Counted from the stretch's first letter, positions 38,436 to 46,591 are shown. The stretch is 64,000 nt of DNA from Candidatus Tayloriibacteriota bacterium (GCA_003151615.1 PLXZ01000004.1:46118-110117); one strand, 5' to 3'. Notes: a model not told the origin generated them from the sequence alone. Numbers and translations are program-made.

Positions 38436-38500
38436 TATGGACTATTTTTGTCAATTTGATATGGTATGCTCAGAACAGAACATTAAAAAAGGACTAACTT

Positions 38501-39136
38501 ATGAACGCATTCGGCCTTACCGGCACTATCGGCTGCGGTAAAAGTACCGTAGCCAATTTACTCTCGAAGTATCAGGATGTCTCGATTTTTGACTGTGATC
38601 GGATTGCCAAAGAAATCATATCTGGCACCGAACACAGGAAAGAAACAGCGAACATTCTCGAAGCGGACGTTTTTCCTGAAGGAAAAGTTGATTTCAAAGC
38701 GGTTGCGAAGATAATCTTCGAAAAACCGGAAAAGAAAAGGCTGTTCGAAAAGTTGATCCATCCTCTTGTATGGAAAGCTGTGCAGGAAAAAGTGGATTCG
38801 ACCGGCAACAGCCAAATCTATGTCGTTGAATCGGCCATCATTTACGAAACAGCCAGTGAGGGCAGGTTTCTAGCTACAATTGTTGCAGTATGCAACCCTC
38901 GCGAACAGTTTCGCAGGCTTCGAGAAAATCGACACATGACGGATGCAGATATCCGGATACGTCTCGGTCAACAACTTCCTTCATCGGAAAAAGAAAAATG
39001 GGCTCAATTCGTGATTCATACGGATTGCAGTCTCGAACATCTCAAAGATAGGGTAAGCGATCTCTATCAAAATCTCAAACAACAGAAAGGAGTTAATTAT
39101 GAAAACACGAAAAGCGGTCTACGCGGCAAGCCTTGA
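38501..39136 (+). CDS. coaE: dephospho-CoA kinase
   Basis: GLTGTIGCGKST P-loop, typical about 200-aa CoaE. Confidence 0.85.
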   Translation: MNAFGLTGTIGCGKSTVANLLSKYQDVSIFDCDRIAKEIISGTEHRKETANILEADVFPEGKVDFKAVAKIIFEKPEKKRLFEKLIHPLVWKAVQEKVDSTGNSQIYVVESAIIYETASEGRFLATIVAVCNPREQFRRLRENRHMTDADIRIRLGQQLPSSEKEKWAQFVIHTDCSLEHLKDRVSDLYQNLKQQKGVNYENTKSGLRGKP

Positions 39137-40208
39137 TCCGATTACCAATGGCCATATCAATGTAATCAAACGAATGGCGCCGCTCTATGATGAACTTGTT
39201 GTTCTCGTTGCGGTTGATTCGCGGAAGACATACACATTTACGCCGGAGGAGCGGGTAACTATGGCAAAAGCGGCGGTTGCGGATATGCCAAATGTTTCTG
39301 TCGACGTTTGCGTCGGCCGTTATGTCGTAAAGCATGCCGAATCAATCGAGGCGCAGGTCATCGTCCGGGGTTTGCGAAATTTTAAGGACCTTGAGGACGA
39401 ACAAATGCTTGCGGAGGAAAATCGAAAGATCTGTCCGCATATCGAAACCGTTTGGGTTCCTTGCTTGCCTGATCTCATGCATGTGAGTTCAAGCATGGTC
39501 AAAGGTCACGTCGGCGTTGATCCTGATTGGGAAAATCAGGTGGCTCGATCGGTGCCAGCGGCAGTGGTTATCAAGCTCAAGGAAAAATACATCCTTGGGA
39601 AAGCGCGGAAACACTGGGCAACATTGATGTCAGGGTTCGGAATTCCTAAAGGCTCAGAAATGATCCTGAAAGAATTGTTGTCACGTTACAGTGAACCTGC
39701 TCGTGCCTATCACAACCTTGAACATATTGTTGCGATGCTCGACGAACTCGAGCCAATGAATGAAGCTGATCCGGCTATCGCCATGGCAATTTGGTTTCAT
39801 GATGCAGTCTATGATCCGAAAGCCAAGGACAACGAAGGACAAAGCGCAGAATTGGCCAAGAAAATGATTGAAGATATTGGTTTGCCAACCATGTTTGGTA
39901 AATATGTCGGCAGTCTTATCATGGCTACGAAACATACGCTTGTTCCGATTGGTCGTGCCGCCCAAGTTCTGGTTGACCTTGACCTCATGGTTCTCAGAAA
40001 ATCAGAAAGGGAATTCGAAGCTTATGAAGCCGGAATCCGCAAGGAGTATGATTGGGTTCCCGAGGCAGACTTCAATGTCGGTCGTTCCAAAATCCTCCAG
40101 TCTTTTTTGGATCGGCCGTCAATCTACTCGACAGAGCTGTTCCGGGATAAGTATGAAAGGAGTGCCCGGGAGAACTTGAAACGGTCAATCGAAAAATTAC
40201 GAAAATAG
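39099..40208 (+). CDS. coaD: phosphopantetheine adenylyltransferase fused to C-terminal HD-superfamily phosphohydrolase-like domain
   Basis: AVYAASLDPITNGHINVI (T/HxGH), ISSSMVK; C-terminal YHNLEHIV...WFHDAVYD (H...HD) module. Confidence 0.8.
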   Translation: MKTRKAVYAASLDPITNGHINVIKRMAPLYDELVVLVAVDSRKTYTFTPEERVTMAKAAVADMPNVSVDVCVGRYVVKHAESIEAQVIVRGLRNFKDLEDEQMLAEENRKICPHIETVWVPCLPDLMHVSSSMVKGHVGVDPDWENQVARSVPAAVVIKLKEKYILGKARKHWATLMSGFGIPKGSEMILKELLSRYSEPARAYHNLEHIVAMLDELEPMNEADPAIAMAIWFHDAVYDPKAKDNEGQSAELAKKMIEDIGLPTMFGKYVGSLIMATKHTLVPIGRAAQVLVDLDLMVLRKSEREFEAYEAGIRKEYDWVPEADFNVGRSKILQSFLDRPSIYSTELFRDKYERSARENLKRSIEKLRK

Positions 40209-40214
40209 GCGCAG

Positions 40215-40257
40215 GGCCTACCAGTGTAATATTACATCGGTAGGTTCTTTTTTTTTG
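40215..40257 (+). terminator. rho-independent terminator after the coaD-HD gene
   Basis: cctaccagtgtaatattacatcggtagg hairpin followed by ttcttttttttt. Confidence 0.7.
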
Positions 40258-40277
40258 AGAGTTATTTTATTTAAAAA

Positions 40278-40490
40278 CACAAAACCCGCCGAAGCGGGTT
40301 TTGTTGAATATGCGGATTCCATTGCTTTCGCATCCAACCTCGACAGTGGTATAAGTATATCGCATTCTGGTTTTTAAAGTCAAGTCATTTTTGTGGACCC
40401 GACGGGAGTCGAACCCGTTCATCCAAACTGTCGAGGTTGGATGGCAAACCGTTGCTCGGGCCCACGAACGGAATATTCCGTTCGTGGGCC
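40278..40490 (-). ncRNA. structured tRNA-like element / candidate small RNA with its own UUCG-tetraloop terminator
   Basis: Minus-strand order, 5' to 3': perfect 13-bp hairpin (40458-40490); 70-nt tRNA-like segment (40394-40463) with canonical T-arm ACGGG-TTCGACT-CCCGT and 7-bp acceptor, but 4-nt D-loop and 10-nt anticodon loop; 17-nt trailer segment complementary to the anticodon arm (40324-40340 versus 40425-40441); terminator cccgc-UUCG-gcggg-UUUUGUGUUUUU (40278-40300). Confidence 0.35.
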
Positions 40491-40530
40491 ATTTTACTAT
40501 TTGAGTAATGAAATTCTGATAAAGAAATGC

Positions 40531-40548
40531 TAAAATTTTGATAAAATT
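40531..40548. promoter_or_regulatory. AT-rich palindromic 18-mer TAAAATTTTGATAAAATT (copy 2)
   Basis: Exact repeat of 31259-31276; lies between the structured RNA region and the methyltransferase gene. Confidence 0.4.
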
Positions 40549-40658
40549 ATCGAAGAACATTCTTTTTGACAGAATGTCGAGCACGATTTTTGCTGTGAAC
40601 AACATTGCATAGCATCCCGTCGCTGGGCGGGGTATAATAGGCCTATAAAATATAAAAA

Positions 40659-41183
40659 ATGTTCTCCGACCCGGTAAAAAATATAGCGCAATTTGGCATC
40701 GCGGACGGCATGAAGGTCGTCGACATTGGCGCGGGCAGCGGTTTCTACAGCATCGAGGCGGCGAAAAAAGTGGGACCGCGCGGCATGATTTACGCCGTCG
40801 ACATTCAGCAGGATTTGCTCGAGAGATTAAAGAAATCGGCGGCTTTGGTGGGCATCCATAATATTGAAGGCGTTTGGGGAAACGCAGAAAAAATCGGCGG
40901 CACGAAATTGCGCGAATCAATCGCCGACCGGGCCATTCTGTCGAACGTGCTTTTTCAAATAGAACCGCAGGACCGTGACAATCTTGCGCTTGAATTGAAA
41001 CGCATCATCCGGCCGGGAGGGAAGCTCATGGTCATCGATTGGCAGGGAGGTACGCCGCTGGCGCCGAAAACACTCGTGCCTGACATGGTGGCCGAGGCGA
41101 TTTTCCAAAAAGCCGGTTTTGTTCTGGAAAAAAATTTCGCTGCCGGCGACCATCATTACGGCATCATTTTCAGCCGGCCTTAG
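40659..41183 (+). CDS. class I SAM-dependent methyltransferase
   Basis: VVDIGAGSGFYS motif I; candidate TATAAT 19 nt upstream. Confidence 0.75.
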   Translation: MFSDPVKNIAQFGIADGMKVVDIGAGSGFYSIEAAKKVGPRGMIYAVDIQQDLLERLKKSAALVGIHNIEGVWGNAEKIGGTKLRESIADRAILSNVLFQIEPQDRDNLALELKRIIRPGGKLMVIDWQGGTPLAPKTLVPDMVAEAIFQKAGFVLEKNFAAGDHHYGIIFSRP

Positions 41184-41213
41184 GCTACGCGCAATAGTAT
41201 ATAATTAAACAAC

Positions 41214-42524
41214 ATGAGTAAATTCCAACTTATCATCACCGCAGTCTTCGTAATTTTTATCGTAATCGGGGTTGCGACATTCGCCCTCTTTAAAAAGACA
41301 AGCACCCAGGCGGCGTTGCCGACCATTACCGTGTGGGGTCTCGCGCCGGAGCAGACATTCGATGAATTCGTGACGAATCTCAATAGCACGCGGGCCCAGC
41401 CGCTTACCGTCAAATATGTCCAAGAAACGGAGGCGACGTTCAATCAGGATTTTGTGAAAGCTTTGGCAGTCGGGCAGGGTCCGGATGTCGTACTCATTCC
41501 CGCGGACATGATTTTGCCGAATGAGAACAAGCTCACCATTATTCCGTATACTACTTTCCCGCAACGCACTTTCGCGGACACGTATGTCCAGGAGGCCAAT
41601 CTATATCTCCGTTCCGACGGCATTACCGCGATACCTTTTTATATTGATCCGCTGGTGATGTACTGGAACCGCGATTTGTTTACGAATGCAGGGATTGCAT
41701 CCGCCGGTACGGTCAATCATCCTCTCACCTGGAATACGCTTGCGGGCTATGGTGCACAGCTAACGCAGAAGGACGTCAATTCAAACATCAGAAAAACAGT
41801 CATGGCGCTCGGGCAATTCAGCAATATCGACAATGCGCGTGAAATACTTGGCACGCTGTTTTTGCAGGCCGGCAATCCCGTCACTGAAAGGACAAGTAAC
41901 GACAGTGTAATCAGCACTCTCGGCAATGGCGTGTACCAGGGGCTTACCAGCTCGGCCGCCGCCGTTTCGTTCTTTACCGGATTTACGGACCCGACGAGCC
42001 AATATTATTCCTGGAACAGCTCGTTGCCCGATTCTGAAAGTTATTTCCTCTCCGGCAATCTCGCAACCTATTTCGGATTCGCTTCCGAACTTTCCGACAT
42101 CCGGAATAAAAATCCAAACCTGAATTTCGATGTGGCTCCGTTGCCGCAAGCTCCGAATGAACAGAATCGTATCACTTATGGTCGCCTCTACGGTTTTTCA
42201 ATCGTCAAGCAATCGCCCAATGCGTCAACCGACTATGCCGTGATTTCGGCCCTCACTTCGGCATCTGCTCTTGCCGAATGGCAGACGCTGACCTATTTGC
42301 CTCCGGTTACGCGCAGCGCAATCGGCGCCGGCAGCACGGATGCGGATATGGCCATATTTTATGACGGAGCGTTGATTTCCCGCGGCTGGCTTGACCCGGA
42401 TCCTTTCAGTACCCAAAACGCCTGGGCGAATATGATACAATCTGTCGTAAGCGGCAGTGATACGGTCAACGATGCCGTCAAAACCGCCGACAATGCGGTC
42501 GATTTGGAGATAAAAAATATGTAA
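41214..42524 (+). CDS. membrane-anchored extracellular solute-binding protein (ABC-type, family 1-like)
   Basis: N-terminal TM anchor; periplasmic binding-protein-like length and pattern (PFYIDPLVMYWNRDLF). Confidence 0.6.
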   Translation: MSKFQLIITAVFVIFIVIGVATFALFKKTSTQAALPTITVWGLAPEQTFDEFVTNLNSTRAQPLTVKYVQETEATFNQDFVKALAVGQGPDVVLIPADMILPNENKLTIIPYTTFPQRTFADTYVQEANLYLRSDGITAIPFYIDPLVMYWNRDLFTNAGIASAGTVNHPLTWNTLAGYGAQLTQKDVNSNIRKTVMALGQFSNIDNAREILGTLFLQAGNPVTERTSNDSVISTLGNGVYQGLTSSAAAVSFFTGFTDPTSQYYSWNSSLPDSESYFLSGNLATYFGFASELSDIRNKNPNLNFDVAPLPQAPNEQNRITYGRLYGFSIVKQSPNASTDYAVISALTSASALAEWQTLTYLPPVTRSAIGAGSTDADMAIFYDGALISRGWLDPDPFSTQNAWANMIQSVVSGSDTVNDAVKTADNAVDLEIKNM

Positions 42525-42574
42525 TGAAAATTGTCGCGCCAAAAGGACTTGCTCGACATGATTCGCTAAATCAC

Positions 42575-43006
42575 ATGAAAAAAATCATTTTCACTTCAGC
42601 AGTTCTTTTTTTGCCGGCAATTTCGTTTGCTCAGACAAATACGAGCCTGGTCGTAAATTGCAGCGGTACTGCTTCGACGACCACTATCGTGAACGGGGTC
42701 ACCACTCAACCTTGTGATTTCAACACTCTCATTGACACCGGAACTCATCTCATCGAGTGGATGTTTTACATATCGGTGCCTATCATGGTCGCCATTCTCG
42801 CGTACGCCGGCATACTCTATATGACCGGCCTGGAGAAAAACATCAGCAAGGCAAAGGGCATGTTCCTAAAAGTCGCTTTAGGGTTTACAATAATGCTGGT
42901 GGCGTTCGTGGTCATCAACACATTGGTCGGATGGATCGGAAATTCAAGCTTTACGACGACTTCGAATAATACACCAAGCAATCCGGCAGTCCTGCTCCAG
43001 CAATAA
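42575..43006 (+). CDS. TrbC/VirB2-like small pilin-type membrane protein, paralog 1
   Basis: Signal peptide (MKKIIFTSAVLFLPAISFAQ), two Cys, TM1, K/E loop, TM2, S/T/N-rich tail. Confidence 0.5.
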   Translation: MKKIIFTSAVLFLPAISFAQTNTSLVVNCSGTASTTTIVNGVTTQPCDFNTLIDTGTHLIEWMFYISVPIMVAILAYAGILYMTGLEKNISKAKGMFLKVALGFTIMLVAFVVINTLVGWIGNSSFTTTSNNTPSNPAVLLQQ

Positions 43007-43014
43007 ATAATTAT

Positions 43015-43401
43015 ATGAATATTTTTTCACTAAACTCGCTGACTTCATTTGTTTCAACCGCTTTTGCGCAGACGAGCGGCTGTTTGCCGAATCCTCTCGG
43101 GGTAAGCAGTGTCAGCGACATTCTGTATCTTGCCGTCGATATCGCAACATATATTGGGGTGGTTCTCGCAGTTGTCTTTTTGATTTATGCGGGTTTCAAG
43201 TACGTTGCGGCCCGGGGCAATTCGGAAAAAATAACGCAAGCTCATCATTTCTTGCTTGCCGTCGTCATCGGCATCGCCATTTTGATCGGCGCGAGCGCAA
43301 TAGTGAATGTAATAAAAAACACGTTGACGTCCGCCGGGGTAGTTAACAGCGGCACTTTCGATGCCCCGTCGAATAGCGTGACCGGCAATTGCAATCGTTA
43401 A
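43015..43401 (+). CDS. TrbC/VirB2-like small pilin-type membrane protein, paralog 2
   Basis: Same architecture: signal peptide ...AFAQTSGC, TM1, GNSEK loop, TM2. Confidence 0.5.
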   Translation: MNIFSLNSLTSFVSTAFAQTSGCLPNPLGVSSVSDILYLAVDIATYIGVVLAVVFLIYAGFKYVAARGNSEKITQAHHFLLAVVIGIAILIGASAIVNVIKNTLTSAGVVNSGTFDAPSNSVTGNCNR

Positions 43402-43450
43402 GATGTGCTACAATTAATCCACATTTATGAAAAAAATAACAAAAAAAGAA

Positions 43451-43936
43451 ATGGTTAAGCACAATATTTCGAGGTCACTTCTGCTGTTGGCTATTTCGGT
43501 GACGCCGGTCGTGGCATTGGCCCAGTCAAACGGCGGTTCCTGTTCGGGCGAGCAAAATCTGTGTACTCTCGTAACCGAAGCAATCGGATACTTCAACCAG
43601 GCAATTTTCCTTATTATCGCCCTTGCGGTGGTGACATTCATCTGGAACGTCTATAAATATTTCATCATAAGCGATCCTGAAAACAGGACGGAAGCCAGCA
43701 AGTACGTCATGTTCAGCGTCATCGGTCTCTTCGTCATTCTTTCATTCTGGGGACTGGTCAATATATTGAGCAATACCCTCAATTTGGACACGAGTCCGGG
43801 CACCATAAATATTCAATCTCTGACGGGAAGTGGGGGATCGGGTAATTCCGCTTTCAATCCTTCAGGTGAAGTGCAGTCGGGCATGTCGGAACAAAATTAT
43901 AATCCGGCGGCAGAAGGACAATATCCCGGCCAATAA
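43451..43936 (+). CDS. TrbC/VirB2-like small pilin-type membrane protein, paralog 3
   Basis: Signal peptide ...ALAQSNGGSC, two Cys, TM1, DPENRTEAS loop, TM2 (GLFVILSFWGLVNIL), G/S-rich tail. Confidence 0.5.
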   Translation: MVKHNISRSLLLLAISVTPVVALAQSNGGSCSGEQNLCTLVTEAIGYFNQAIFLIIALAVVTFIWNVYKYFIISDPENRTEASKYVMFSVIGLFVILSFWGLVNILSNTLNLDTSPGTINIQSLTGSGGSGNSAFNPSGEVQSGMSEQNYNPAAEGQYPGQ

Positions 43937-43959
43937 TTTTCGTGTTTGGAAAAAATAAA

Positions 43960-43998
43960 AGGGAAGCGAGATTTGATTCTCGTTTCCCTTTTTTTGAT
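43960..43998. terminator. bidirectional terminator
   Basis: aaaaaataaaagggaagcgagatttgattctcgtttccctttttttg. Confidence 0.65.
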
Positions 43999-44013
43999 TG
44001 TTTCGACGCCGTT

Positions 44014-45318
44014 TTAATTAACCGGCGTTATTTGGAACGTGATTGGCTGGGCTTCATTGATGCCCGGCCTCAGCAGCATTGTAATGCCCTCAACCGCGCC
44101 CAGTTGAGGAGTAGATCGTGCAAGATCCACCTTGTTGTAGTGGCCGTGCATTGTGCTGGTGTCGAATACTTGTGTGACGATAAAACCCGGCCGGTAGTTG
44201 TATTTCACAATTTCACCCGGCTGAATTTGGTCGCTCCAAGTCCCGTCGTATTCATGTCCGTGAGGTGGAACGCAGACCACCCGCATGCTGCTGTATCCGG
44301 TCCGATGCTCCGACTCGTCCTGACTGACGGCGGGTTGAATTGGCGGAGTAATACTCGCAGCACTGGGTTGTGCCGCCGGCGGAATTGCCGGTGTTGCAGG
44401 TGGTGGTGTGACCACGGGTGCCGGCGCTTGAACGGCGTTGTTGACGCCGTTCGGAAACAAGGCCTTGGTTTCGGCAATGGGTCCGTGTTGAGCGATAGCT
44501 ACCACAGCGAGCACAAACAGACCGAGGATGAACAGTCCGGCAAAGGCAGTGACCACGAGGGCTGCCAAAGCCTCCGATTTGTCAATGCTCGATTTTGCGG
44601 CTGTCTTTTCCGTGCCGCCGGCTTGCTTGGCCGGTTTGATCTTGGCGACCTTCTCCAGCGCTTCACGCAACTCCTGGATGATTCCGGAGCGTTCACTTTT
44701 GAACGCATCAAGTTCCGTGAGCGCCTTTTTGAGCTGTTTGTTCAGGACTTCAAACTCGGCGAGGTGGGTGTTGCCCTTCTCGGTGAGTCCTTTGAGGTCC
44801 TTGATCGTCTGGGGGAGGTCCGGAAACAGCTTGAGCTTGTCGCCGTGTTCCTTCGCAACCTTTTCGAATGCCGCTTCCAGTTCCAGAATTTGCTTTCTGT
44901 TCAGCCTGGAATTTGCGACGGCAGCCAATTCAGGTGTCATGTCGAACTCGACTTTCGCCGGTTCGCTGTTGCTGTGGGCTTCATCCTTGCTCGCGATGCT
45001 TTTCAGCGACAGGGTGTATTTTCCCGCCACATAAGGGCCTTCGTGCGGCAGGGTGATGATGTTGATTGCGATTTTGCCGCCGGCTGGGCCGCATTCGATT
45101 TCCGCATGACGCACGATGACGTTTTTGGCGGAATCAACGATGTGGACGCTGTGTTTTTTTGCGGTGCCGAAGTCGGATGTTGATTCCATCGTCGATGGAT
45201 TGACCGACAGATTTTCCGGCGTTGGCAGTTTCGGTTTAGGGTGTGTATTGGACATAATGGTGTTCCCGTTGTGCTTGTTCGCAATCACGCGGATGCGAAC
45301 TTTTGGTTTAGTTTTCAA
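44014..45318 (-). CDS. hypothetical bitopic membrane protein: cytoplasmic coiled-coil domain, TM helix, Pro-rich linker, extracytoplasmic domain with HGHEYDG motif
   Basis: Coherent domain layout on the minus strand; the opposite-strand ORF 43942-45183 is Arg/Cys-rich junk. Confidence 0.5.
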   Translation of the reverse strand: MKTKPKVRIRVIANKHNGNTIMSNTHPKPKLPTPENLSVNPSTMESTSDFGTAKKHSVHIVDSAKNVIVRHAEIECGPAGGKIAINIITLPHEGPYVAGKYTLSLKSIASKDEAHSNSEPAKVEFDMTPELAAVANSRLNRKQILELEAAFEKVAKEHGDKLKLFPDLPQTIKDLKGLTEKGNTHLAEFEVLNKQLKKALTELDAFKSERSGIIQELREALEKVAKIKPAKQAGGTEKTAAKSSIDKSEALAALVVTAFAGLFILGLFVLAVVAIAQHGPIAETKALFPNGVNNAVQAPAPVVTPPPATPAIPPAAQPSAASITPPIQPAVSQDESEHRTGYSSMRVVCVPPHGHEYDGTWSDQIQPGEIVKYNYRPGFIVTQVFDTSTMHGHYNKVDLARSTPQLGAVEGITMLLRPGINEAQPITFQITPVN

Positions 45319-45526
45319 GGTACGATTGGTGCCGAAGTGGCCTTATTCATACATTGTTTGCGCGATACAACTGGGATTAATCCTAGCATATTTATCGATA
45401 AAAGTCAACATGCCGGGCGGATGGTCACTATGAGTAATCCCCAAGGGCCGCATTGTGTTATTGCGCCCCTGTTGGTACACTTACGGAGTAATTATTAGCT
45501 TGTTTATTAAATTATAAGTCAAAAAA

Positions 45527-45910
45527 ATGAAGTCAATCACAAAAATCGGAGCCCTCGCGCTTGCTTTGACGCCGGTCGCCGCATCTGCGCAGGCTCTTTC
45601 GTCCCTTAACAACGTCAATCAGGTTGCGACCCGCTTTACGAGCCTGCTCAACACGTTCACGGTGCTCCTCATCTCGCTTGCCGTGGTTTGGATCATCATC
45701 AACGTCGTCCGATACCTCATCGTAAAAGGTCCTGAAGAAAGAAAAGAAGGAGGCATGAGAATCCTCATGGGTGTTATCGGTCTCTTCGTCATCATCTCCA
45801 TCTGGGGTCTCGTTTCCGTGTTGCAGAACTCATTCGGCACGACAAACACCGCGAGCGAAGGCATCAACAACGTTCAGATTCAGACGGATCAGGTTCCTCA
45901 GGTCTACTAA
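45527..45910 (+). CDS. TrbC/VirB2-like small pilin-type membrane protein, paralog 4
   Basis: Signal peptide ...AASAQA, TM1, GPEERKEGG loop, TM2 (GLFVIISIWGLVSVL). Confidence 0.5.
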   Translation: MKSITKIGALALALTPVAASAQALSSLNNVNQVATRFTSLLNTFTVLLISLAVVWIIINVVRYLIVKGPEERKEGGMRILMGVIGLFVIISIWGLVSVLQNSFGTTNTASEGINNVQIQTDQVPQVY

Positions 45911-45916
45911 TACCTA

Positions 45917-46192
45917 ATGCCCACTACGAACATCAGTTCATCAGTGAACGCGTCGCTGGCGAAAATCGTTTCGGTTATCGTCGTGCCTCTTGTCAGCCTC
46001 GTTTTCGTCTTGGCGGTCCTGCTGTTCATTTGGGGCGTGGCCGGAATCATCATATACCGCGAGAATCCGGAAAAAAGGGAAGAAGGCCAGCGCCACATGC
46101 TCTGGGGCGTCGTCGGAATGTTCATCATGATCGGGACGTACGGCATCATCCGGCTGATCGCCAATACCGTTGGGGTGGCGAGTCCGGTTTAA
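45917..46192 (+). CDS. TrbC/VirB2-like small membrane protein, paralog 5 (no obvious signal peptide)
   Basis: TM1, ENPEKREEG loop, TM2 (GMFIMIGTYGIIRL); immediately follows paralog 4. Confidence 0.45.
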   Translation: MPTTNISSSVNASLAKIVSVIVVPLVSLVFVLAVLLFIWGVAGIIIYRENPEKREEGQRHMLWGVVGMFIMIGTYGIIRLIANTVGVASPV

Positions 46193-46210
46193 TTTTCAAG
46201 CTCGCACAAT

Positions 46211-46244
46211 AAAAAAGACCCGGAACGTTTCGGGTCTTTTTTAT
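46211..46244. terminator. bidirectional rho-independent terminator
   Basis: aaaaaagacccggaacgtttcgggtctttttta. Confidence 0.75.
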
Positions 46245-46265
46245 TTTAGTTATTTCTCTAAATTG

Positions 46266-46347
46266 TGCCGGGGAGAGGACTTGAACCTCCAAGGATTACT
46301 CCGCCTGCTCCTAAGGCAGGTGCGTCTGCCAATTTCGCCACCCCGGC
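46266..46347 (-). tRNA. tRNA-Leu (anticodon TAG), long variable arm
   Basis: Acceptor GCCGGGG/CCCCGGC, anticodon stem CCTGC/GCAGG with loop CTTAGGA, T-loop TTCAAGT. Confidence 0.8.
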
Positions 46348-46439
46348 AGTGTGTCTTTTTATTATTCTACATCTCGAAATATTTTAGCCAAAGCTAAAAT
46401 ATTCTCTCGATGCGAATTTTGTAAAATCAAAATTCGTGT

Positions 46440-46512
46440 GCGCCCAGTAGGGATCGAACCTACGACCTTATCCTTAAGAGGGATCTGCTCTACCAGCTGA
46501 GCTATAGGCGCA
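46440..46512 (-). tRNA. tRNA-Lys (anticodon CTT)
   Basis: GCGCCTATAGCTCAGCTGGTAGAGCAGATCCCTCTTAAGGATAAGG...GGTTCGATCCCTACTGGGCGCA. Confidence 0.8.
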
Positions 46513-46591
46513 TGTGCCGGCTGTTACCTACCAAAACAGCTATAGGCGCATTACTTTGTGCTGTCATTTACCAAAACAGCTCTAGGTGCAT
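46491..46591. repeat. three tandem units of about 39 bp, each beginning with a copy of the tRNA-Lys 5' end
   Basis: TACCAGCTGAGCTATAGGCGCA (genuine, 46492-46513), TACCAAAACAGCTATAGGCGCA (46529-46550), TACCAAAACAGCTCTAGGTGCA (46569-46590). Confidence 0.7.

Noticed and set aside
40324-40441. Integron attC-like site (ATCCAAC ... GTTGGAT cores about 116 bp apart)
   Set aside because: The RYYYAAC/GTTRRRY consensus is short and degenerate; there is no integrase or cassette array nearby; the arms coincide with a tRNA-like anticodon stem, so it is kept only as an alternative reading within the structured-RNA finding
40394-40463. Canonical tRNA gene on the minus strand
   Set aside because: T-arm and acceptor are good, but the D-loop is 4 nt and the anticodon loop is 10 nt with no assignable anticodon; reported as a tRNA-like element rather than a tRNA
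40267-40920. 217-aa minus-strand ORF rich in Cys/Arg/Pro (MIRAISCRRFFLRF...)
   Set aside because: Low-complexity Arg/Cys/Pro composition; it runs antisense through the structured RNA region, its terminators and the start of the methyltransferase gene, so it is almost certainly spurious
43942-45183. 413-aa plus-strand ORF antisense to 44014-45318
   Set aside because: Arg/Cys/Gly-rich junk translation with no domain logic, whereas the minus-strand frame has a coherent coiled-coil, TM, Pro-linker and globular domain layout
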